Source of the DNA: Paramecium tetraurelia
Lineage: Eukaryota
Length of the DNA: 46,751 nucleotides
Direction: 5' to 3'
Assembly: GCA_000165425.1 (NCBI GenBank)
Contig: CT868028.1
Span: 62,001 to 108,751 of the forward strand
Made by a program: the position numbers and the translations under genes. Within the stretch, counting starts at the first letter, position 1, and each line of letters opens with the position of its first letter. Shown here in pieces: positions 37,604 to 46,751 of this stretch. Under the pieces are notes generated by a model, which searched no databases, was not told where the DNA came from, and was given only the letters and a program-made list of their open reading frames with translations.

Positions 37604-38667
37604 TCATTAAGTTTACCCAACAAGTACTTCAGCAGCCTAAGGCACATCATCTACAGAAGCTTATTATTCTTAACTTGATGTTTCATTTTATTGAATTTCA
37701 GGAGTTTCAGATTACTATTAATCTTATTATTATGATTATTCTTATTATTAAGCATCAACTTCTACTTATTATTATTATTCTTAAACTTATTATTCTTATA
37801 CTTATTCTGTTTATTAAACTTGTTCTTAAACTTATTCTGTTTATTAAACTTATTCTTATACTTATTCTGTTTATTAAACTTATTCTTATACTTATTCAGT
37901 TTATTAAACTTATTCTTATACTTATTCAGTTTATTAAACCTATTCTTATACTTATTCAACGTTAACTTATTAATCTTCTTCAATTTATGGTGCATCAAAT
38001 TAGTCTTATGTTTCTTATATCAACTATGGTTATGGTCCAGTAACGTCATCACCTGATACATAAAATAGAGTAGATTACTTGATGCAATATCAGATCCAGC
38101 CAATGATAATGATGGTTTTGCAATGAATACATCCTTTTATGTGTCAGCCATAACTAATGGGTCATTTAAACATTTCTCGCTTGTCAAGAAGGCTACTTAT
38201 TCATTTTTGGTAGAGTCTAATGTAGTGAATTGTTATCTAAATTAAAAACGATTATGTTACCCGATTGGAACATAGATTGAAAAGATTGGGATTTGGAAGT
38301 TCATGGCATCCTCAGCTTTACATACTTTTCCTGATGTGCCTTTGAAGTCGCATGCAGAATAAAGTACAACACAATCTCCAGTGGCTGGTAAATCATTTTC
38401 ATATTAGGCAGCCAATAAGACTTAAGATTGATCTGCACTATTTAAGGCTGATTAGTTTTCATCTTCAAAATTGAATCCAGATTCATATTGTTTGGCAGGC
38501 TCTGAGTTTCTAGCCAATTCTTCGTCTGTAAACAACGAAGATTGTTAGGCAAAGACTGTGAATTACATGTATGGTTTTTCATCGTCCTCCAATAGTACTG
38601 CAGGTTCGTCTAAAAATTTGACTGCTTTGATGGCAACAATGAGCAATAAAATATGAGAAGCACGCAT
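37604..38667 (-). CDS. secreted protein with a beta/gamma-crystallin-like motif and EQVQ-repeat tail
   Basis: Signal peptide MRASHILLLIVAIKA; DCVVLYSACDFKGTSGKVC..SIYVP crystallin-like Greek key; two introns; Q/E-rich tail. Confidence 0.75.
37775..37960. repeat. 30-bp coding tandem repeat (about 6 copies)
   Basis: Unit CTTATTC(T/A)GTTTATTAAACTTATTCTTATA at 37801, 37831, 37861, 37891 and 37921; encodes EQVQEQVQQT on the minus strand. Confidence 0.95.
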
Positions 38668-38711
38668 ATTTATATATAATATTAAAAACGAATTACATAA
38701 TTTGCTATAAA

Positions 38712-39475
38712 TCAATTGGATGCACTTACTTTTATTATTATTGGTACGATAATGTATAAAAGTCCAGCCAATATGATCAATCCAATGATGATCTTTAACT
38801 TCATGTTTCTCCAATACATAATGGAAGCCTAAGTTTAAATTGCGAATCTTACTAATTCAGCAGAATTCTTAGCAAATTATTTTGCGTTCTTGTTCAGATC
38901 TTCACTCTTTATTTAAAGCACATCTAACTACTGTCCATTGTTAATCATGTTTTTAATGTTGTCTTCCATAACGATTTTGGTTTGATCTACCTAATTATAG
39001 AATAACATCATATATGGAAACATTTGATTATGCTTGATATATTTTATCCAAAGAAAGCAAATCGTTATACTTCGACCCCAAGTCCCTGAGAGGTTTCTTT
39101 ATATGTAATTTAAGACTGGTATCATCCTTCAATGTTTCACTATTGCCCAACTTGGAGAATTCATTTTAAATCTCCTGAATCAAAGCATAGGCATGCCTCT
39201 CCGGATAGGTGGAAACTAACTTAATGATCAATACCCATACTTCCCAAAATTAAATAGAAAAGCCCTTTATCGTCAATTTTACAAAACCAACTCCCATTTG
39301 CGGAATCAACTTTTTATCTTTCCTCTATCCTTAGTTGATTTCTCTTTAACTCATAACAAACTTTGGATGACTCACTTTTTAAAGGTTCCTCACTCCCAGA
39401 TTAAATCAGGTATGAGGCAATTAATTTTTCAGTTTCGTGACGATAAATCACCAAGTATTTCAAAGAATTCGACAT
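38712..39475 (-). CDS. longin-type R-SNARE (synaptobrevin/VAMP7-like)
   Basis: Longin-like N-terminus (TYPERHAYALIQE), SNARE helix VDQTKIVMEDNIKNMINNGQQLDVLQIKSEDLNKNAKQF, MYWRNMKLK and a C-terminal TM segment. Confidence 0.88.
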
Positions 39476-39519
39476 AAAATTTATTATTTAAACTTAAAAT
39501 TACAATTGATATTTATTTA

Positions 39520-39943
39520 TCATTTCTTCTACTACTCCAAACCCTACTTGATACGAGGCACCAACTCCTCTATTATTAACAAATGATGTGAATTCCATAC
39601 CTCTCACTTATCTGGCCTTTTCTCTTATTTATTGCATGTTCTTGCTCTTGGCATTGGCTCTGATCTTCTTAAACATAGGCGCATATTTAAACACATCTGG
39701 AATCACAACAAATCTAATCTAACTGCCTCTCAAATAGACCTATTCTAATGACATTGGTCTGCCATCTCGAGTGACCATCTGCACTTCATCCAATCGGACA
39801 TTCATTGTGTCCTGGCAATGATACTCAAAGCTACCTCTGCCTCTGCCATGTATCCAGTGAACATCTCGCCTGTTTTGAGTTCGACTGTAACTATATGATG
39901 AACATGCTTCGTGCATGATTTTGAGAGGGACGCCTAGGGACAT
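39520..39943 (-). CDS. SmD3: small nuclear ribonucleoprotein Sm D3 (apparent +1 insertion)
   Basis: MSLGVPLKIMHEA(V)HHIVTVELKTGEMFTGYMAEAE/DTMNVRLDEV...[28 protein letters not shown]; two introns; extra base at about 39904-39905. Confidence 0.94.
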
Positions 39944-40020
39944 TTTTATTTATATAATATATTTAATATTAGTATAAATATGCTTCTATATATATAAATT
40001 AATAAAAAGATTTTAAAGAA

Positions 40021-40425
40021 ATGGACAACAAGAAATCACTATACGAGAGATTTGGAGGGGATCAACAAGTGTCTGAATTGATCGACTAATTCTATTACAA
40101 AGTCTTGTTCGACAAGTTGCTAAGGGACAAGTTCTTGAAGGCGGATATGAGCCGGGTTAGGTATCAGTAGAAGAGATTCTTTTCTCAAATGATGGGCGAC
40201 AAGAATACTCAATACACTGGCAAGTATACATAATCTAAGAATCCATTAGAGATTTAGTGGAAGTTCATAAAGACTTGAATATCACAAATTAGCAGTTTGA
40301 TAAATTTAAAGTGCATCTCAAAAACATCGCTCAGGATATGGAAGTGAGCGGAGCTGCATTTAGAAGAATTACTCGATCACGTTGAAAAACACAGAGACCA
40401 AATAGTATTTAGTAAAGCCGTATGA
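40021..40425 (+). CDS. group I truncated (2/2) hemoglobin (apparent +1 insertion)
   Basis: SLYERFGG...IDQFYYKVLFD...QQKRFFSQMMG..QYTGK/DLVEVHKDLNITNQQFD; intron 40224-40249; extra base at about 40357. Confidence 0.9.
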
Positions 40426-40491
40426 TTTAACAATAACAAGTATAAGTATAAATAAGCCAATTCATAATTCTACTTTATTATATATATATAT

Positions 40492-41962
40492 TCATTAATA
40501 ATACTAGTGTCTATGTTTAGAAGGCTTTAACTAAATTGAATTGAATTTCTGCAGTCTGTCTTTGCAAGTTGTCAGCCGTAAACTCCTTATCCACCTTATC
40601 CTCAATGAAAGTGCTCGACGGAATCTGACATTGCATACTAAACAATAACATCCCCTTCGTACCTGTGAGTGATATCCACTGAATTCTCAATTATTGTTGA
40701 AAGAGACTTCCCCTTTATAATATTCTTGTGGAACTTTGCCTACTGTTTAGTCCCCATCTTGATGAACCAATGATGTTGAAGAGCCTATTAAGCCGACAGC
40801 CTCTGTTCTGGATCTGCGATCAGGAGAGCCTTCAACAAATTTATCCCAGAAGAAGACACCTTCCTACAAAGTTACTTCCTTCTTTAACTATAAGACATTA
40901 CTAAATTTGATAGTCCACTACTGCAGCCTCATTCCGTGACAGTATCTCTTCTTAAGAGGATCCACTGAATGGGATTTTCCCAAAATAAAGCACGTAAAAT
41001 AAACAGCCTAAACTGAACATATCTGCTTTGGGAGTGTACAACTTAGTTTTGAAGATCTCTGGGGCTATGAATCCTGGAGTTCCACACTTCTTAAATGGGG
41101 TTTATGGGATGTAGGTCTCAGAATAGCAGAAATTAGTCAATAACACGGAGGGTAATTGGCTCTGAATTAGAATGCTATCCAATTTGATGTCTCTATGAAA
41201 CACTCCTCTGGCATGCATGTGAGATATGGCTGTTAGAAGATTGAACATGATTTAAGCCACCAATCTCTCTTCCAAATTTTGGGAATTCTCCTTTAACCAA
41301 CTCCTCATGTCCAAACCCTAATAATGATTGTATACAATGTAAATATTAGTATCATCTTCATAAAGTTCATTAAAGAAGATCACCAAAGGAGAACTAAGTT
41401 ATATAAATAATACCTCAATTTACGAAGACTGCTAATTTCTTTGCTTAAACATTGTAATTAATAATTCGTTATATTTGCCTTATCAATTATTTTTACTAAT
41501 TTGTAATTATTGCTGTGGATGCAATTAAAATAACATTGTCCAAATAAGGGATCTTCCAACTTAGACTTGTTTAGAACTTTAAATTTTTGTTTGAATTTAT
41601 CCAAAACGCAATATCTTTTGAATAAGAGAAACCATTTCCTAAACTCATCTGCTGAGTCTATTAGGAATGTTTCCTATTGGTCTCTTTATTGCAGTGCTAT
41701 GCCGAATTTGTGATGGGGTAGAACTTAATCATAAAATGTAAATTTTCTCAACCTGCACTTGTCTAATGTGCAATATACTAGCTGATTTGGTGAAAGCCTT
41801 TTATATAATCTCTCAGGACATATTTCCAATTAGACTGGGATAAATTTGTCATATTATTTCATCAATACATTTCCTGGATAAAGCACAATTGAATTGTACC
41901 TTGTTATTATAAGGGAAGGGGAGGTGGTTGATTGTCTTATTTCCACATGACTGCGTCTTCAT
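40492..41962 (-). CDS. CAMK-like kinase-fold protein, probable pseudokinase
   Basis: FHRDIKLDSIL, LTNFCYS in place of DFG, CGTPGFIAPE, DMFSLGC, PEQRLSAQQALQHHWF; no GxGxxG loop. Confidence 0.85.
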
Positions 41963-42039
41963 TTTAATCAAAAATAGTTCTCCTAAATTATAACATGTAA
42001 TTATATAATATTTTTATATTTGTATATTGATGATCAATG

Positions 42040-42458
42040 TCAACCCTTCTTGTTTTCCAAATTCTCGAACTTTACCCACGAAGATCCAGATTCAATACTT
42101 TCTAACTAAAATGCAGATATTCACACACAGTTTACTTCATCTGCTATTTCTTCCTCTGTGTGTCCGCTGCGTAATACTTATGTCCAAAAGTTTAGCCACT
42201 CCTCTTCTGATATCGTACCACTATTATCAGTGTCTACTGACTTAAATAATTCCTCTGTATTCAATTTTGCAAAATTACTCTTCCTTCATTACCATTGACA
42301 TTTATATAAATACCAATATTTTATTGTTTCCGACTTCTCAATCGACTTTGACCCATCCACATCGAATCTTGCGAATAACTTTAACACTCTCTCCCTCATT
42401 TATGGAGATAACTGAATCATATACAATTCTATACCTCTTTGCCTTAAGTTGGACCCAT
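42040..42458 (-). CDS. small two-EF-hand Ca2+-binding protein (possible N-myristoylation)
   Basis: MGPTQGKE/LSPQMRERVLKLFARFDVDGSKSIEKSE...LFKSVDTDNSGTISEEEWLNFW; three tiny introns; TGA at 42040-42042. Confidence 0.9.
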
Positions 42459-42483
42459 TCCTTATATTTTTATAAATTTATTA

Positions 42484-45400
42484 ATGAGTGACTAGGATTC
42501 TGGTCCAAACTTTCCACAGACTCTCCAAGTCTCAAATCAAATAGAAATCGCAAATCGAACCTATAGCGAAATCCTTATGGAACAGATTGTCAACGACGAC
42601 GACTTCTTGTATCAATCCATGATTGATGATGATCAATACTCAAGAGCCAAAGTCATACCTACCATAGCCAATCAAACCATCATCTACAGAAATACAATAG
42701 ACATGAAGAGATAACAACCAAACATATTTTAAAGATGCTTTGGAAGTAAGAAATCTTCCAACAAGGTTACAATGGCAGAGATTATTGATCTTAGACAAAA
42801 AGAGTTATTTAATGATTATGTATATGAGACTGAAAAGGATGGATTCCTAAAGGATGTCTAAAAGTACATTCATAAAGTCAAAGTTCTTGAACCAGACTCT
42901 TAATTTTACATACTTTGGTAGGTTCTAAATAGTATTTTGGTCGTTCTCTTCTTCTTTTAAATACCTTTCATATTTGCTTATTAACCCCTTATACAGGAAA
43001 ATAAATCAAATGACTATTAGGACTTCGAAACTTTTGCTCTAAATATAGCAATCTGTATATTTATTATTGACATTGCTCTCACTTTCAATATTGCTTTTTA
43101 CAAATAAGGATATTTGGTAAGTGGAAGAAAACTAATTGCTGTAAACTATATAAAAACTTATTTCTTCCTAGATCTAATCCCCTTATGTTGTTTAATTGAG
43201 TATCGAATATTTCTTCACAAGGACACGTAATTTGGAATTACAATATTCTTATTCATTCTTAAAATTTACGAAGTCTTTAAAACAAGTAAGATGATATAAG
43301 AATATTTGTAATTGGAACCTTAAAAATTGGCAAAATATAGATTATTGATTGTTATGTTGACAATCACATGGTTGTGTCATTTATTTGCATGTGTATTCTT
43401 TTTTGTGGGAAGAAGGGAGCTATGTAAAGGAGATGAAAGTGTATCTTGGCTAAGTGAAAGTGATTTGATCACAATGCATGGTGGATATACTTATTTGAAA
43501 AAACATATATTTGAACTGCATTTATACTCATTTTATTGGGCAGTCACTACGATGATTTCAGTGGGTTATGGAGATGTAACACCTAAAAATGCTTATGAAG
43601 TTCTTGTTACTGTGGTGACTTAATTCATCTCTTGTATCGTTTTTGCTTATTCTGTTAATGCAATTTGGGAGATGATTAATTAATAGAATGAAAATAAACA
43701 GAAATTTCAGTATTTCTTAAACCATTATTTATTCTAGAAAGTATGTTAATGCTATAGAAAGATTTATGCGAGAACACAATGTGGATAGAAAATTAAAAGC
43801 TCGAATAGAAGCCTACCTTTATCATCTATGGGAATCTGAAAAAGCTAGGGATCACGAACTGGAATAAGCCATGATTCTAAAATTAGCTCCTGCTCTCAAG
43901 GAAGAATTAATTTACTAAACCCTAGGCAAGATGCTCAATCACAACCAATTTTTCAGTTACTTCTAATAAGACCTCTTAATTGAGTTGGCTTAAGACATCT
44001 AATAACAATACTACTCACAAGAGGAAGTGATATTCCAAGAAAGAGAAGAAATAGATGACTTTCCAGTCTTCTTTCTAACAAAGGGTTCAGTGGAAATATA
44101 CTTAGATAGCGATAAACCAATCAAATTACATATAATGAAATCCGGCATTTTCGGAATAGTAGCTTTTATTACTGGTTATAAGAGAACTGCTTCAGCTCGT
44201 TGTTTAACATATTCAGTTATCTACAAATTGTCTAGAACTCAATTTTTAAAAAGACTAGAGAAGTATTCTATTGAAAAATAGAAATTTTTTGAAATCAGAC
44301 ATCAAGTTCTCTTCAATAACAACAATGTTTAATTAAAATTAAAATGCTACATCTGTGAAAGTAAGAAACATCTAGTAATTAATTGCAAAAAGACACTCTA
44401 TATACCTGAAAAAATGCCTATTATTCTAGAGACTTATAATCTATAAAATTAAAGAGATCATCTCTATTAAAGAAGAGTAGTTAAACAATAATTCAAAGCT
44501 CTGTCTCACATACGAGAAGTGTAGGTTAATGCAGTAGCCATTAAGAAGTACTTCTAAAATATCACATTCACTCAAAATTCAAGTGATGAAGACATAGAGT
44601 ATAGTTCAGATGTGGATGATTATGAGGAGGAGATGGAGGATATTAAGAAGATAGTCGAGTAAGAGAAAGAAAAGGCATAATTAAGAAAGAGAGGGCAATG
44701 GGTAGCTGATGATGATTATGAGATGAAGATTGATGAAAGTAAGGACAATCATAGTATAGAGTTATCAGATGGATAAAGAAAGTCTTAGTAATTGATTAAG
44801 CATTCAGATGAGGAAATCAAAAAGAAATCAAATCTCACTAAAAAAAAGAAATTCTAAAGTTTCGTAAAATTAGAAAAACTTAGAAATGTTAGAACATCAT
44901 CTATGTCTAGTCTTACACCGATCTAAGAATAAGTCAAGAAGGCTGTTCCTGTGAAAAAAGACAAAGGCATGAGTGCTCTATTGCCTAACAATTACTTAGC
45001 TCAAAGGAAGAAGAGTAAATTGTTGTAATAAAATGAAATTCCAAATTGTAACAAATCTTAGTAGATTCCCCAATAAAATGAAAAGTATGAGAAGGTACAA
45101 TCTCCTGATCGACACATTTATAATGAATCTAAAAAATCAGAACTTCTAAGAAAGATGAAATTTCTTTAGATAGCTTAGCCTAAAAATAAAGAGATTTAAT
45201 CTATCATAGACGAACTAAAGTATTTCATATATTCATATTATGATAGAAATTATATTTAAAATAGTTAGAATTTACAAGGCAGTGTTACCAAGGAACCTGG
45301 CTCTGTGTTGAAGACTGAGAAGGTTGATAATAATATTTAGTAAATGGAGAGTCACTCTGATGTTGATAGCTAATTTAGTATTGATCATATGGCGAATTAT

Positions 45401-45511
45401 GATGCTTACTTTTAGGAAGAAAATCCAGAAAAAGTGATAAAGAAATATAAAAAACAAACTAAAGATAAGATCAAATAAAGAAGGACTACAATGATGAGAC
45501 AATTTGTTTGA
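42484..45511 (+). CDS. K+ channel with cyclic nucleotide-binding domain (EAG/HCN-like ciliate family)
   Basis: Six TM segments, pore YWAVTTMISVGYGDVTP, C-linker, CNBD (FFLTKGSVEI..FGIVAFITGYKRTASARC), CYICESKKHLVINC motif. Confidence 0.94.
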
Positions 45512-45666
45512 AAATCAAGATACACATTTATTTTAATCTATTGATAATTTATTTTATACTGCTCATTTGCATTTGAGATGGAAATGTTCATTGTAATTAC
45601 TAAAATTTATTTTCAGAATTTATTCGAAATTTTATTAATAAATTATAAATAAAATTTAACGTATAT

Positions 45667-46751
45667 ATGAGTTAATTAGAGCCATTTGAACATCATTATA
45701 GTAATTAATACTTCGAAGTATTTGGATGTTCTCATAAGAATAGACACATCTATTCAGAGAAAATGATTTGCACAGATTGTGGCATTTTCTTAAATAATGT
45801 AAAATTCATCACTACATCCTAGCCAAATACCAAGGTTTATAAAACACTCAGGATGAAATACAGTGCATTTTTCAATCCAATTAAAGTGCTACAAAGGATG
45901 ATGGTTGATGGTTAACCAAGTGGGCCTACCAAATAAAGATAATAGTTCATAGAATTCATTTTGTAAGTGTCAGAAAGACTTAATCTTTCAATCAATACCT
46001 CCTTTTTGGCAATCAATTATATTGATGAGTATTTCAATAAGGTTGCTGTGGCTGAAAATCAGACTTATCTATTTGTTTCTACTGCTCTTATGTTGGCTGC
46101 TAAAGCACAAGAACTTGATGAGAGAGTACCATTCATAAGCAAGCTAAAAAGATATGCCTCCTTAACTAATCATCCTGAAATCAGTCACTTTAGCATTTAG
46201 GATTTCAAGTCAGCAGAACGTTAACTAATACAAAAAATGGAATGGAAACTTCAAAGAAACACCTTATTAGATAGAATTGAAGCTTTACTATCATTTGGAG
46301 TGATCGATGATGATGATAGTTTAGTGCAATAACAGTAAAAAGAAAATAAGGATTCCATTAATCAATAGCATATCAAACTTAGGGACTTATAAGAAAATTA
46401 GATTTTATATTATGTTAAGGAAGTGGAAAGCAAGTATGTTGAAATAGCTTTGTAAATTATTAGAGGTATTTTATTCGAATTTTAAATTTAGATGATTAAC
46501 TCTACTTCCAAACTGATTAGACTATATTGGCATTATCTTGTGTTGCTTATCTAAGAAAGAGAGCTGGTCTATTAAATATTTGGTCGTAATAATTGTAAAG
46601 TTTGACTGGAGTGGGTGCTTAGAAAATATCTTCTTCAGTTTCCTAAATTATGACTCTGATTGCAAAAAGTAAGAGTTTCAAAACCATTACAAAAATGCCA
46701 ACCAATCCTTCAGATCTATATTATTAATAGATTAACACGCCTTCAAACACT
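45667..46751 (+). CDS. cyclin-box protein (runs off the window end)
   Basis: RQQFIEFILQVSERLNLSINTSFLAINYIDEYF...ALMLAAKAQE...AERQLIQKMEWKL cyclin N domain; N-terminal CSH...CTDC motif. Confidence 0.87.

Noticed and set aside
37775..37960. 30-bp repeats as a CRISPR array
   Set aside because: No unique spacers; it is an in-frame coding minisatellite in a eukaryote.
1344..46200. Supplied six-frame ORFs taken as genes
   Set aside because: Computed with TAA/TAG as stops and alternative starts; most are antisense or off-frame shadows or fragments of the code-6 genes.
1..46751. TAA/TAG read as Gln and 20-33 nt introns as a novel system
   Set aside because: Real and pervasive here, but a well-established property of Paramecium.
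1..46751. Retained IESs, transposons, tRNA/rRNA genes or telomeric repeats
   Set aside because: I saw no TA-bounded insert interrupting a gene, no transposase catalytic domain, no cloverleaf or rRNA sequence and no telomeric tract; short IESs in spacers cannot be excluded by eye.

Overview
AT-rich, very gene-dense ciliate DNA, almost certainly Paramecium macronuclear sequence (aurelia-like). Evidence: genes read only with genetic code 6 (TAA/TAG=Gln, TGA=stop), introns are tiny (about 20-33 nt, mostly GTA...TAG), and there are trichocyst matrix protein genes. The supplied standard-code ORF track is therefore mostly fragmentary or spurious. Hand re-translation gives about 30 genes, including kinases, Myb, eIF6, a RING-CH ligase, an ADP/ATP carrier, ESS2, a kinesin, two TMPs, a tubulin carboxypeptidase, Rabs, RPL4, SmD3, a longin R-SNARE, a truncated globin, an EF-hand protein, a CNBD K+ channel and a cyclin. 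Most notable: (1) an intronless 400-aa ORF with two Rab GTPase domains in tandem, apparently fused by deletion within a local Rab triplication; (2) a candidate structured ncRNA at about 28.9-29.1 kb; (3) a GC-donor intron in a divergent ADP/ATP carrier; (4) an EF-hand gene and a K+ channel gene whose ATGs are 25 bp apart; (5) recurrent +1 insertions in otherwise intact conserved genes, probably assembly errors; (6) a decayed papain-family pseudogene. All calls are from manual reading; exon edges may be off by a few bases.
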